The notes beneath the pieces were generated by a model. It searched no databases. It worked only from the letters and a program-made list of their open reading frames with translations, and was not told the DNA's origin. Position numbers and translations under genes: made by a program. Shown piece by piece: positions 45,947 to 58,508 of a stretch of 64,000 bases of DNA. The DNA is from Nemertoderma westbladi (taxonomy: Eukaryota > Animalia > Xenacoelomorpha): positions 1-64,000 of the forward strand of contig JAUCBJ010008936.1 of assembly GCA_032718475.1 (NCBI GenBank), read 5' to 3'. Each line of letters begins with the position of its first letter. Position 1 is the stretch's first letter.

Positions 45947-46523
45947 AGATGGCAAACGCTTCAGTCAATGTCATTATCAAATGCCGTTTTTGTTTTTTCA
46001 GTTTTTGACCTTCCACTATAACTGTAACCACATCAGCTTTCCCTGGCGAAATACGTGAAGTCTCATCATTCGAATAATATTCGACAATGGTGTTAATTGT
46101 ATCTTGATCAATCCCACTGTTAATAGTTTTCGCTTTTCCTGGCTTTATGAGAGCGATTCCCTCGGACATGGCGAGTTTCCTTATAACTTCAGACTTCTTG
46201 CGTGGACTCTTAGGCATCGACCTTTTAGCTCGCTGAACGGCTTTACATAGTGATTGAATCGTAGTATACCGACTTGAAGGCGACATACTTGTGGTGGCAT
46301 TAGAAGTGGCAGTTTGAGAAAGTTTGGCAGATTTTAGTTTCCTGAATTTTTGACCTCGTAATCTAGTCTCGACTCGAAGTTTATTCAAACTTTCCATTGA
46401 TAATTCTTGGCGTTTTTTGCTCTTCCTCTCTCTATCTAGCCGAAGAAACTCATCTTTATCCAATACCTTCCGAAGTTGAATATATTCTTTCTGTCTCTCT
46501 GCATTTGATTTCGGTTTTCCCAT
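45947..46523 (-). pseudogene. N-terminal part of a DNA transposase, Sola2-like
   Basis: PKSPRKKSEVIRKL and YYSNDETSRISPGKADVV...QKRHLIMTLTEAFAIF; the family assignment is from memory of this motif. Confidence 0.5.
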
Positions 46524-46740
46524 GCTCTGATAGGCCTACTGTAATTAAATATAGATTAATTCCGCTATTAAATAAGGCACAGTTAAAGCAATAATTGTTG
46601 TAAAAGTAAATTTCGGCTTTTCAGTGGTACTGTACCTATCAAATACAAATAATATAAACACGATATAGAGAGCGATTATATTAGATCAAAGTAGAGCCAA
46701 GACTCACTTAATTTCTCACTTTGTGCCAGCTTGTGGTGTA

Positions 46741-46894
46741 ACTAGAAAGTCCGTGGCCGAAGGCCGCGGACTTCTGAGGCGGGTACCCAAATAGACTGGG
46801 GTAGAGACGAGTTGATCAAACCTGTCGCGGTACCCAAATAGACTGGGGTAGAGACGAGTTTATCAAACCTGTCGCAAAGCGGACTTTCTAGTTG
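46741..46894. mobile_element. Miniature HINE/MITE-like element with an internal 47-bp tandem duplication
   Basis: Inverted termini actagaaagtccg...cggactttctagt, 5' palindrome agaaagtccgtggccgaaggccgcggacttct, duplicated ggtacccaaatagactggggtagagacgagtt. Confidence 0.5.
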
Positions 46895-46959
46895 TAATAA
46901 TAAATATATAAAAATATAATATATAAAAAATATAATATGTCTGTGAATACTTATATACG

Positions 46960-49312
46960 AGATTGCAAGTTTCAAAGGGATTGCATATTATAGGAAGCCA
47001 AGGAAGACATTGAATATTAAGTGATGCCCAGGAATCAGATTTAGCGAACTGTATGGAAAGCATGGCTGCGATGGGCTTTGCCCTGATTAGAAAGCAAATT
47101 CACGGGATTGTTGAAACTTACTGTATGCTTGGAATGGGATAATGTATAAGCCTGGCACCTCTACTATATGGTGTCCGGGAAGGGATTGGCTACAATTGTT
47201 CATGGCCCGGAATAAACTAAGCAGTAAAAAAACTAAAACAATGCAAGCAGGGGGAGTCAGTGCAATAAAAAACCCTTTCATCATCAATGATTTTTACGAT
47301 AAACTTGAAAATATTTTTCATACAACTGATCTGAAAGATAAACCTGCTAATTGTTGGAACTTCTTAGATGATTCCGGCTTTCCCATGGACCCAAATAATG
47401 TTGAAACAGTATCTCGAGTTGGTCAGAAAGTGGTTACTGTGGTTACAGTATGTAACGAAGCAAAAGCGGAATTATCGTTGAGGATTAAGGAGCTCATGGA
47501 AGATACGATACGATAATTACATACGAAATTTACTGAGTTAATAAAATTAGCTAAAACAAAGGACAATTATATTTCTGTCCTTAGGGAACTCATCTAAATA
47601 TAATAGATAGAGTGCTTTATAATTTATTATTTTTGTAAAAGTGTCCTCCAGAGATTTTGTGACCTCAGCAGTTAGAGCCCAGCATGGACTCCCATACAGG
47701 AGTACTGGAACTAATGCTGCTCTAAATAATCGGACCTAAGGTTTCCGATGAATTCTATGTGAAGTGTTACTTCCAAATCCTGGAAAGCACATCCAATACT
47801 GCCCACGCCCAGCCCATGCCTATCCCTTACATTTACCATAGCATTCTTAATGCATGCTGCATTGGTGGATTGTATGGTGGTGGTGGTGACAAAATGTTTT
47901 TGATAAGACGGCATGTAGCATCTCAATGTGCAGTATCAATGCAGTAGTAGTAATAGAGATGTACAGTATTTATTCACTATTAAGCGGTTGTTAACAGAAA
48001 GTTTACCGAATGAGAGCTGAGCACTATCACATTTATCCACTGAGACAAGATTCGAGAAGTGGGGCTGAACTTTCCAGTAAAGCTGATTCCACTCCATAGT
48101 GTCATGAGTATTAATAACCAAAACACTACAAAATATATTTAATTCAATATAGGACATTATATATCTATAGGACAGTATGCAGTGATGCAGGGGATGGAAG
48201 TAGGTCTACAGTAAATATGATTAGAAAGTATATCTAGCAGTTCAGTCTAGTAGGTGATTTAGTAGTGGTAGTCTAGTAGGTGGGTTAGGCTTTTATTAGA
48301 CTGTAAGAAGCATCTTGTCTTTAGTTCGAATAAAGTGTAATTATAATTAAGACAGAAATTAAGTGGACGCAGAGTGGATATGGATAAGTATATAGTATGT
48401 AATGTGTACTGTTGCCAGCTCTCAAGTGTTAGCAGGTACAGCTCCGTTTGCAGTGTCCGTCAACATTCTGGTTGGCCTAGTCTTTGGAGGTTAAAAAGTT
48501 GTAATTTACTGTATAAAGGTACATATTTCCCGCCATGGTGGATTTGGGTTGGTAAATAAAAAACTGCTACCCACAGTCTAACAGTTTATAATTATTACAT
48601 AGTTTTGTAGGTTAGCAAAATGATGTTTGTTTACACTATTTGTGTGTGGGTCTTGCATTGTCAAAAATTTGAAGGAAAAGTTGTGTTTTTTATGGTTTTA
48701 GGCCATTTCAGACACTTCTAGCAATGGGAAAAGTCATATTAAAAAAAAAAATTTCTTTCTAATTGAATTAATATTACATAGTTTTGTAAAAAATGTTGTT
48801 TGTTTGAACTAATTGTGCGGGGTCATGCATTGTCAAAAATTTGGAAAGTGATGTTTTTATGTGGTTTTAGGCAATTTCACACATTTCTATAACATAGGGA
48901 AAAGTTACATTCACAGTTACATTTTTTTCGATCTACCCTAATGTATAGTACATATGACTGATTGAAGTGATCATATTTTTTGTTTAAAAAATGAATTCTC
49001 TTATTTGTTGTATATTAAGGGGGGGGGGGGGGGGGGGGTGGTGGTGGGAGGGGGTAACCCCCCTCGCTAAAAATTTAAGAAATTTGTATTTTATTGCATC
49101 TAGAGTAGATTTTAAAATAATGGGGATTTCAAATCTGAAAACGGCTTAGACATCAGATCATTAAAAACTCCTATTACTTCACTGGTTGAATCAGGGTAAG
49201 CCACAGTTATATGACCTGGCTGCAGCCACGTAGTGCAAACAACCCCAGTATATTCGACATTAATATGATGACCCGGATCAGTTGTGAATATAATCACACA
49301 ATATGCCATGGC
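46960..49312 (+). mobile_element. pogo/Tigger-like transposase relic with a ~1.3-kb internal insertion (47620-48940)
   Basis: PGRDWLQLFMARNKLS (CENP-B-type HTH end), NPFIINDFYDKL, WNFLDDSGFPMDP (first catalytic Asp region); colinear with the inverted copy at 10330-11062. Confidence 0.65.
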
Positions 49313-50654
49313 CATCACACATATGCCAATATGCCATCACACAATTTTTACTGCGTCCAGTCCCCCCCCCCCCCCCCCCCCCCCCCCTCTATCTGATTTA
49401 AATTTAAAAGTTACACAATATGATTCGCATGAAAACGATAACCAAATAAGTTATAAGTAAATTATTATTATTATTACCAGTATACAATTAACAGTTAATC
49501 ATTAACGGGTAAAAATCACTATAATTGGCCAAAACTAAACAAAAACATTAGACATAGACACGCCGTAACTCGATCATTTCCAATAAGTTATACTGTATGT
49601 TAAAATGAACGGCATTATTTGGTATTTAAGGAATTGACCAATCAGTAATATCCTTTGTCATTTAATAATATTATTAATCAAATCGTTAAAAATTGTTTTG
49701 TTTTCAACTTGCCCAAACATTATAAAATATGTAGAGGTTTATTGAAATAAGAGATAAAAAACAAGAAGGAAATGTCCCCCTTGTAATGCGTCCCTCCATT
49801 ACAGGCTCTATACTGTACTATACCAAAAGGGCAATATACATTACAATACTGGGGGGACTTAAATTAAAACACAAATAGAGCTAGTAAAGTAAAATTTAAT
49901 AGCTGCTCATGTTCATTGTGGACATCATATATGTTTATAGGTTATGAAACAAAAAAATTTGACGAAAATTCCAACCTAATTTTAGCCACTTTTACTGATT
50001 TTGACCCTACACTTAATCATTAACATAAAATGAATTAATTAAATAAAACCAATTTTTAAAACCTTCTAAAATTTATTTTGTGTTTGCGGTCATTTCGCAC
50101 CATAATAATCAAATAATCAATAATTAACACAATATTGTCATAATGTCACAAGATGTCATAATTTATAAAGCAAATAATTCTAAAAAAATTAAATATTGAA
50201 AGATTGTTAATCAATGTTGTGAACATTTCCTGAAAATTTCATGAGGTTTGGGTTCATCCATTGTACTGAAAACGTTTTACCTACTATAGACTGTCTGTCT
50301 GTCGGTCTGTCTGTCTGTCAGTCTTTGGCAATGTATGCAAGTTGACGACCTAACTTAAAAATTAAAACTATGGGAGTTTTCTTGCCGGGCCGGGGATTTC
50401 GTTTTAGGGCTTGGCAGTGTGTCACGAAGTGCTACATTGAAACATATTTATATTTTTTCAGCGTATGGGGGCATGCTGAGTGCATTGGACTCATTGAGTC
50501 ATACGAGAAATGAAATGGGTCTGTAGGACTCACGTAGAGTGTCAAAAGAAAAGAACGCCCGAAGAAGCTGCTCTATTAAAGGCGAAGTGGGATGCGAAGA
50601 ATAACCGCACTGCTGCCTGCTCAAGTGGACCCATGCCACGTGCAAACAATGGAC

Positions 50655-51190
50655 ACGCGCCTGGTGCAAAGAACAGAACCGCGCCTGGTGCAAAGAACAG
50701 AACCGCACCGGGTGCAAAGAACGGAACCGCACCGGGTGCAAAGAATGGAACTGCGCCGGGTGCAAAGAACGGACCCGCGCTGGGTGCAAAGAACGGAACC
50801 GAGCCAGGTGCAAAGAACGGACCCGCGCTGGGTGCAAAGAATGGAACTGCGCCGGGTGCAAAGAACGGAACCACGCTGGGTTCAAAGAACGGAACCGCGC
50901 CGGGTGCAAAGAACGGAACCGCGGCGTGTGCAAAGAACGGACCCGCGCTGGGTGCAAAGAATGGAACTGCGCCGGGTGCAAAGAACAGAACCGCGCTGGG
51001 TTCAAATAACGGAACCGCACCGGGTGCAAAGAACGGAACCGCGGCGTGTGCAAAGAACGGACCCGCGCTGGGTGCAAAGAATGGAACTGCGCCGGGTGCA
51101 AAGAACGGAACCGCGCTGGGTTCAAAGAATGGAACCGCGCCGGGTGCAAAGAACGGAACCGCGGCGTGTGCAAAGAACGGAGCTGCGCAG
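50655..51190. repeat. 24-bp minisatellite, ~22 copies
   Basis: ggtgcaaagaacggaaccgcgccg variants; explains the overlapping repetitive ORFs on both strands. Confidence 0.95.
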
Positions 51191-51463
51191 GTTCACAGTT
51201 CAGACCAACAACGGGTGACACAGGGAGGTCGTGTCCAAAGAACACTCGCTCGGCTAAAAAACGTTGTTGTACTGTTTTTCCGATTTAAATAACTTGTGAA
51301 TTATGAATACTTGTGAATATTTTAAATTGATTCAAATTATTATTATGATATATTTAGCTAAGTATATTATATCTGTCTGTCTGTCTGTCCGCCTGTCAAA
51401 ATATAAGGAAAGCGTTCCACCTTACTAAAAGTTTCGTTACAGTATGGGGTTATTGGTAAAAAG

Positions 51464-51753
51464 TTAATTTCAGGCAAACAGGAAAATCCTACACATTGAG
51501 AGTTATATAAAACTTAATATAAGCCACTGATTAATAAACTGTTTAAATTAATTTCAGGCAAACAGGAAAATCCTACACATTGAGAGTTCTATAAAACTTA
51601 ATATAAGCCACTGATTGATAAACTGTTTAAATTAATTTCAGGCAAACAGGAAAATCCTACACATTGAGAGTTATATAAAATTTAATATAAGCCACTGATT
51701 GATAAACTGTTTAAATTAATTTCAGGCAAACAGGAAAATCCTACACATTGAGA
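51464..51753. repeat. 84-bp tandem repeat, ~3.5 copies
   Basis: ttaatttcaggcaaacagg... starts at 51464, 51548, 51632 and 51716. Confidence 0.95.
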
Positions 51754-52171
51754 TTTGAGATGAGCAATTATAAAGATGTTAGTTTTGTGAGAAGTTCTAC
51801 ATAATCCTTCTTTAATTTACATTGCTTAAGTTTTTGATTATATGTATCTTTATCATCTAAATCCATAGCATCAATGATGAGTTGTACTTGATCTAAGAGT
51901 TCGACTACTGTCCAATTAGTAATTCGTGATGCAAGGAACTCTTCATCCTTCGATATTGGAATGTTTTTCAGCCTGTCGATTTCAAAAAAGTTCGGCCCCT
52001 CCTTCAAAAAACGTTTTACAACATTCTTAAAACGTACAATTCCAACCTTTTTTATATCGGAAAATTGGGACGACAACTGAGTGCTGCCAATACCTCTGGT
52101 TGGCATGGATAGTGTGGGGTCGCATATTGGAGAGGAGACTACGACGTCTTGCTATCTTATGACGGCAGCAG

Positions 52172-52406
52172 TATAAGACTGACTAGTCTCATAAAATAAA
52201 AACAAAGGTTTTCTGTTAACTAGTGAATGAATTTTATTACATTAAGAATAGTGGTATATGATACAATACAAGGCCAAAGGTTAAATGTGTGTTAGCTCCG
52301 TGTACTGTATGAATACTCATAGTTACATGATAATTAATTATTGATTGCGGTAATTAGATATTGACATATCAATTCTACTGTACACTGTCATATAGTTAGT
52401 CTTACA
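52172..52406 (-). repeat. 3' LTR of the Gypsy element
   Basis: TGTAAGAC...GTCTTATA on the minus strand, preceded by the PPT. Confidence 0.95.
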
Positions 52407-52638
52407 TAACTCCCTTTCTTAAAAAGCGGAGCACTAATATAAATTTGGAAGTAATACAATATATTTGTTTCTAGATTACACATGATATCGTCACAAAATA
52501 GGAAAATATTATTCAGATATTCACTAATTATGTTAAATAAGATTTAAATACGATTAAGTTAAATTCAATTCCATATTAACAATACATATATAATACGCAC
52601 TGCATTAAAGAAAAAAAAATCTAATTTAAAATATGAAA

Positions 52639-53725
52639 TTATAATTTGAATGTAACACGCTTATTTAATTTTACATGAGTTTCATTTTTAGCCTCACTTT
52701 CTATAACTGGTTTCACCCGGTCTAGAGAAATTACCTCGGGTGTATTGTGTCGTTGAATGGTGACGGTTTTGTCACCCAATTGTATTACTGGGTATGGTCC
52801 GAGATAGCAAGGTTTCAGTGATCCACGTTTAATGGGGTCTCTCAACCAAATCTGCTTCGCATATTTCAGTGAAGTCGGAACATAGGATTTAGATTTATGA
52901 ACTCTTACCGGTGGAATGAAAGAATCAACTTTATTATAGAGCTTAGAAACGAAGTCTGGTAAATCGGTTAATTTCTCAGGTTCGAAGAATTGTCCGGGTA
53001 GATATAACTCAGTTCCGTAGAGAAGCTGTGATGGGGAGTAACCATGGCAACCAGCTGCGGATCTAATACCAAGAAGTACTAATGGCAATTCGTTGAACCA
53101 TTTTTCGTTATTACATTTCGCTCGAAGTGAGTTTTTAAGTTGCCTGTGAAACCTTTCTACAAGACCATTGCAAGCAGAATGGTATGCAGTTGTCCTCGCA
53201 CGTTCAATTCCTAGTTGATTTGTTAAAATTCTGAATAACCTCGACTCAAATTGAGATCCTTGATCTGTAATTATTTTACGTGGGATACCGAAACGACTAA
53301 TCCACGAATCCAGAAATGCATTAGCTATACTCTCAGCGGAAATAGATCGTAGGGGCACAACTTCTGGCCAGCGAGTAGACCGATCGACCGCAGTAAATAG
53401 ATATCTGTATCCACATGAAGATGGCAATGGGCCGACTATATCCAGGTGAACTGTATCTAGACGCGACAAAGTTGGAATAGTTCCAATGGGCGGTTTAGTA
53501 TGAAGAGAGATTTTTGACTTCTGACATTCAAGACATTCCCGTGCCCATTCTTTTATTTGACGATTCATTGCGGGCCAAATATATCGCGCGCATATTAGTT
53601 TCCGTGTTTCTTCAGGACCGGCATGAGATAGATTGTGAAAAGTGTGAAAAATTTTCTTTCTGAGTTTAGTTGGTAAGTATGGTCTAAGATTTTCACCAGA
53701 GTTGTCATAGTAAACAGTTTTGCCG
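52639..53725 (-). CDS. pol: Gypsy integrase (frame continues upstream of the annotated Met at 53568)
   Basis: FHNLSHAG...CLECQ (HHCC), VHLDIVGP, ITDQGSQF, NGLVERFHR, YLGPY. Confidence 0.92.
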
Positions 53726-56700
53726 TTTTTTTCAGCTGTTTTAAGGGCAATGTTGTTTTAGCAAAGAATTGCTGCAACGAATTATCTTCATACTGATAGT
53801 CAGATAATTCCTCAAAATTATCTAACGAAATGGCCGCTAGAGGGCGTGATAGGGCATCAGCAACTATATTTTCTGAACCAGCTATGTATTTAATTGTGCT
53901 GTCAAACTCGGAAATGTAGGAAAGCCAACGAGCCTGCTGCGGACTTGGATTTTTCATATTGAGACAGTTCAAAAGTGGTTTGTGGTCCGTCAATATAGTG
54001 ATATTCTGTCCAAGCAACCATTCATGATGCTTTAAAGCAGAGAATATCGCTAAAAGTTCTCGATCGAATGTTGATTTTTGACATTCATTTGGCGTTAGTT
54101 TTTTAGAGTAAAATGCTAAAGGTTCGGAATGGCCATTTACGGTTTGATTAATCACTGCGCCGATGGCGTAATTCGATGCATCGGTGGTAACCACAATAGG
54201 TGCGTCTTTCTGAGGAAATGCCAAGGTGACTGCGTTGGATAGAGCTTGTTTCAATGAATTAAATGCGGATCTTTCATCTGGAGTAAATTCAATATCAGCA
54301 CTCTTTAATGTATTCCTTGTTAGATCAGTTAAGGGAGCAGCTATTGTAGAAAATTTTGGTACAAAGCGGTGATAGAAACCACAAGTACCGAGAAAGCGTC
54401 GGAGCGAAGCAACTGTTTTCGGTTCTGAAAAATTTCTAACTGCTTCCAATTTAGTATCAATGGGGCGAACTCCATGTTTCGAAATTTCGTAACCTAAAAA
54501 TTTGACTTCATTTTTGAAGAATGAGCACTTCGAGATTTTTGCCTTTAATCCGTAGCGTTTCAAACGTTCGAGAACTGCTTCAACATCTCTGTAATGTTGT
54601 TCAGGATTTTGACTCGCAATTAAGATGTCATCTATATATCCCACAGCAAATTTAACGTCATATAATACCATATCTATGAGCCTTTGAAATGACTGACTTG
54701 CGTTTCTTAATCCGAAAGGCATTCTACGATATGAAAACATACCAAACGGTGTAGTGATAGAAGTTTTGTTTACATCTTCATCTGCTACAGGAATTTGATG
54801 AAATGCTTTAGCTAAATCAATTTTTGTGAAAATTGTACAACCTCGAAAATTATCTGTTATATCGGCCATGTTGGGCATTGGGTAGTTGTCAGGCACAGTC
54901 TGCTTATTTAAATTTCTATAATCACCACAGGGCCTTATAGAACCGTCTGCTTTTAATACTGTATGCAGCGCAGAACTCCAAGGTGATTCACTCCGCTCAA
55001 TAATTCTGTTGCGAAGTAAGATGTCAAATTCATTACGTACAGATTCTAATCGACTTCCAAACAATCGCCTGGGTTTTGAGTAACAAGGCGGGCCTGTAGT
55101 TATAATATGATGCTTAACTGGATGCTTAATGGGATCTGCTGCAGAAATTTCGCTGAAAACTGACTTATATTCACACAATAAATTTTTAACTTGGGGATTT
55201 TGTACATTGTATAAGTTCATGTCTGTCGTGGCTTTTATAAAATTAACTTTATACGTCCCTGTGCTACCGACTGCACTTTTGTCACTTGTAATACCAATAA
55301 CACTTACAAAACATAATAATATACCAAAGATAAGAAAAAGTTGCGATAGGAAAGATCGATTAGATATGAAAATAAATGGACAACTAGCAACAAAAAGCAA
55401 AATAAGCAAAATATGTTTCAACAAAAATATAGAAGACTTATTAGATTTGCGAACAGACGCACTACTAAAAGTTTCAGAATAATTACTAGAATCGTGATTT
55501 ATACCATTGATATTTGTATTTCTAGTTTCCATAAAGATACGTCCGTTCTTACAATCAATATTTACTTTATAATGCCGCAAAAAATCCAAACCCAAAATAG
55601 GTTGACTCACATCAGCTACTATGAATTTCCACGAAAATTTCCTAGCAGATAAACTCGGAATGGAAAAATTTAAATTTCCACAACCGTAGGTTTTGATATT
55701 AGACGAATTGGCGGCTGTTAAAGTAGTAAGTAAATTATCAGAAGTAGATTCTAACAAATGTGAGTAACATTTAGGTACAATCGAAAAGTCACTGCCAGAA
55801 TCTACTAAAAATTGATCAACAGGATCTGCCTTTACATTTATGGAGTAAATTTCATTATTATTATTAGCACTATTATTATTATTTGCATTAAATCCTATAT
55901 TATTATCTGAGTTACCTGGATTATTCGGTCCCTTTCGCATTTGGTAATTGCATGGTGGTTGACATTTGGCAGCGTCTTGTCCAAACTGAAAGTGGTAATA
56001 GCACCATGATCCTTTAGGATCGTAGCTGCGACTATGTGACTGCGATCGATAGGGACCACGCGACTGGGATCGATTACGAGAATAACCTCCCCTAGATGGC
56101 GTTCGGCGATAACGGGAACGACCGCTCCGAGATGATGAAAGATCTTTTAGCTGAGCGTTGATCTCAGCAACTTGATCGCTGAGCAACTTTTGAGACTCAA
56201 TCAGAAGTTTCTGTGACTGTTGTAGAATATTAAGTTCGGAGACCTGTGCAACTGGACATGGATTGGTAGATTGTGATTGCTGTTGCTCGATCATTTTGTC
56301 GGCAATTTCTGCAAGCTTCTCTAAAGACAGATCACCGAGAGTACTTAGAACAATGCTGATAGTTGGCGGTAGGATCTCCAGGAAACGGAGACGTATGATT
56401 TGATCATTACCAGTACCTGGAGCTAGGCGCTGCATCTGCCTAATGATGGCAGAGGGTTTGCGGTCCCCGAGCTCCTGGGCCTCAAGTAGTTTTCGCAATC
56501 GTCGCTCATCACTATCGGCTAAATGTGATATGATGTTCTCTTTGATAGTATTGAATGAGTCTTCCACATTAACACCTGCATCGAGAATAATTTCCGTTGG
56601 AAGAGCCGCTAGTAAATTGGATTTCTTTGAGTGGTTGGTCTGTCCGTGAAGCACAGCTTCAATCTGTTGAAACCATGTTCGAGCGTCTTTGTTGTAAAAT

Positions 56701-56945
56701 TCGGGTAATCGAGTTTTTAGAATAATGGCTGTTGGATCACCTCTCCCTGAAGACTCGTCATGACCGGCATCCACAATCTTTTGGAGAATCATGCGCACGG
56801 CCGAAGGATTTTCTTTTTCCAATTCGAGAATTATTTCGGCCTTCACTTTTGGGGGTTCGTAGTTAGGAACGTGAGAATTGAGTTGAACCAGAGTTTCTAT
56901 TAATTCAGCCTTCCGAAATTTCTGAAGTTGTTCGGGTTTCGACAT
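53595..56945 (-). CDS. gag-pol: Gypsy Gag-protease-RT-RNase H polyprotein, frameshifted before integrase
   Basis: LGDRKPS, CYYHFQFG...C...C, FLVDSGS, PCGDYRNLN, MPFGLRNA, YIDDIL, TDASNYAIG, NIVADALSR; the frame changes at the A7 run 53726-53732. Confidence 0.95.
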   Translation of the reverse strand: MSKPEQLQKFRKAELIETLVQLNSHVPNYEPPKVKAEIILELEKENPSAVRMILQKIVDAGHDESSGRGDPTAIILKTRLPEFYNKDARTWFQQIEAVLHGQTNHSKKSNLLAALPTEIILDAGVNVEDSFNTIKENIISHLADSDERRLRKLLEAQELGDRKPSAIIRQMQRLAPGTGNDQIIRLRFLEILPPTISIVLSTLGDLSLEKLAEIADKMIEQQQSQSTNPCPVAQVSELNILQQSQKLLIESQKLLSDQVAEINAQLKDLSSSRSGRSRYRRTPSRGGYSRNRSQSRGPYRSQSHSRSYDPKGSWCYYHFQFGQDAAKCQPPCNYQMRKGPNNPGNSDNNIGFNANNNNSANNNNEIYSINVKADPVDQFLVDSGSDFSIVPKCYSHLLESTSDNLLTTLTAANSSNIKTYGCGNLNFSIPSLSARKFSWKFIVADVSQPILGLDFLRHYKVNIDCKNGRIFMETRNTNINGINHDSSNYSETFSSASVRKSNKSSIFLLKHILLILLFVASCPFIFISNRSFLSQLFLIFGILLCFVSVIGITSDKSAVGSTGTYKVNFIKATTDMNLYNVQNPQVKNLLCEYKSVFSEISAADPIKHPVKHHIITTGPPCYSKPRRLFGSRLESVRNEFDILLRNRIIERSESPWSSALHTVLKADGSIRPCGDYRNLNKQTVPDNYPMPNMADITDNFRGCTIFTKIDLAKAFHQIPVADEDVNKTSITTPFGMFSYRRMPFGLRNASQSFQRLIDMVLYDVKFAVGYIDDILIASQNPEQHYRDVEAVLERLKRYGLKAKISKCSFFKNEVKFLGYEISKHGVRPIDTKLEAVRNFSEPKTVASLRRFLGTCGFYHRFVPKFSTIAAPLTDLTRNTLKSADIEFTPDERSAFNSLKQALSNAVTLAFPQKDAPIVVTTDASNYAIGAVINQTVNGHSEPLAFYSKKLTPNECQKSTFDRELLAIFSALKHHEWLLGQNITILTDHKPLLNCLNMKNPSPQQARWLSYISEFDSTIKYIAGSENIVADALSRPLAAISLDNFEELSDYQYEDNSLQQFFAKTTLPLKQLKKTAKLFTMTTLVKILDHTYQLNSERKFFTLFTIYLMPVLKKHGN

Positions 56946-57066
56946 TATTACGTTGGTTTTGTACAGTAGATTTTATAGCAGTTTTTAACTAGTGATTGTA
57001 ATAAAAAAATGGTAAATGTTTTTTTAAATATAATTTAGGCTGTTTGTTTTAAGTCCGGGTCACCAA

Positions 57067-57301
57067 TATAAGACTGACTAGTCTCATAAAATAAAAACAA
57101 AGGTTTTCTGTTAACTAGTGAATGAATTTTATTACATTAAGAATAGTGGTATATGATACAATACAAGGCCAAAGGTTAAATGTGTGTTAGCTCCGTGTAC
57201 TGTATGAATACTCATAGTTACATGATAATTAATTATTGATTGCGGTAATTAGATATTGACATATCAATTCTACTGTACACTGTCATATAGTTAGTCTTAC
57301 A
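57067..57301 (-). repeat. 5' LTR of the Gypsy element
   Basis: Identical to 52172-52406 by eye and followed by the PBS. Confidence 0.95.
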
Positions 57302-58148
57302 AGCAGCCATATGCCTCGAGTGGGAAGTGTCTTTGTCGGTGTTACACGCTGCTGCGGCGTTAGAGAGTTTCAGGCAGTTTGCCCTCATCCCAAACGATGG
57401 ATACCAAACCATAGAGCTCTTCCCATTTCTGCATGGTTTGTGGAAGGCCGTGTGGATGCAGGTGTTTAAGCATCTAGTCGGCCCCTTCACCATTCACGGA
57501 TGTTAGCGATCTACTAAATGTTGAATTAGAATCTAAATAATTAATAATGTTTTTAGGAAGGCGTAGGCATTGTCAGGCCATGTATGCCACTATTTTTTGG
57601 TAATGCGTATGTCCCCGCGCAAAGAACAGTGGAGCAAACTTCACTACGGCACACATAATCAAATACACACGATTCCTACGGATACCAATACGCAATATCA
57701 TAATGGCTAAAAGAAACGTGGTGTTGAACTGCAGGAGTGCCACATAGCCGTCATTAGGACAGTTGTCCATAAACTTCTGCAGTTCAACAATAGTTTCAGT
57801 TTCTGAAAGTGTCTCCTTAACTGTTAAGAAAAATTTTCTTAACTGTTCGCTAGCAGTCCCGATTAAAGCAATTTCTACGGCTTCCCATGATTTGTGGTGA
57901 TCGGTGGCTTGTCGACAAGCTGACGGTGGCTTAGCCACCCCTGGCTGATGAATCCATTTGTCGTTGCAAGCAACTCGAACTCAAGCTCCCAAGCAGCTTT
58001 TATCATATTATGTTCCAGGTGTCCAAGACCTGGAACCAGAAGGTATTTATCTGCCCAATTCGGGTTGTCTTTAATTGCGTTTAACATTAGATTCATTGGA
58101 CAGCCGTCCATAACCAGAGTCGCCCATTTCCGAGTGCCATCACTATCT
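57302..58148 (-). pseudogene. Degraded DNA-transposon ORF (Academ-like), host of the Gypsy insertion; probably continues at ~51770-52171
   Basis: LVMDGCP, LVPGLGHLEHNM, DHHKSW, GIRRN...FAPLFF...H..Y; frameshifted; splice-acceptor-like ttttacag near 58148-58155. Confidence 0.45.
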
Positions 58149-58239
58149 GTAAAAAAAATATTTTTAAATATATAAATATAAATTAATTTAAATATATTTA
58201 AAAAGGGCGGGTGCACCCTTTATAAACGACCAAGCTACA

Positions 58240-58508
58240 CTATGTGCCGCACACAATGCGACATAAACTAGGTGTCGACAAAATGCGACATACACTAGGT
58301 GCCGACGCTATGCCAACATACACTAGGTGCCGACACAATGCGACATACACTAGGTGCCGACGCTATGCCGACATACACTAGGTGCTGACACAATGCGACA
58401 TACACTAGGTGCCGACGATATGCCGACATACACTAGGTGCCGACACAATGCGACATACACTAGGTGCCGACGCCATGCCGACATACACTACGTGCCGACA
58501 CAATGCGA
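58240..58508. repeat. 27/28-bp alternating tandem repeat, ~10 units
   Basis: cgacatacactaggtgccgac(acaatg/gctatgc). Confidence 0.93.

Larger units (their letters stand above)
52172..57301 (-). mobile_element. Complete Gypsy/Ty3 LTR retrotransposon (5.1 kb), recent insertion
   Basis: 235-bp LTRs (52172-52406, 57067-57301) identical by eye; 5-bp TSD AGCAG (52167-52171, 57302-57306); PBS TGGTGACCCGGAC (tRNA-Trp-like); PPT aagaaagggag. Confidence 0.97.

Noticed and set aside
50499-51292. Repetitive ORFs of 208-260 aa on both strands
   Set aside because: By-product of a largely stop-free 24-bp minisatellite; no independent coding evidence.
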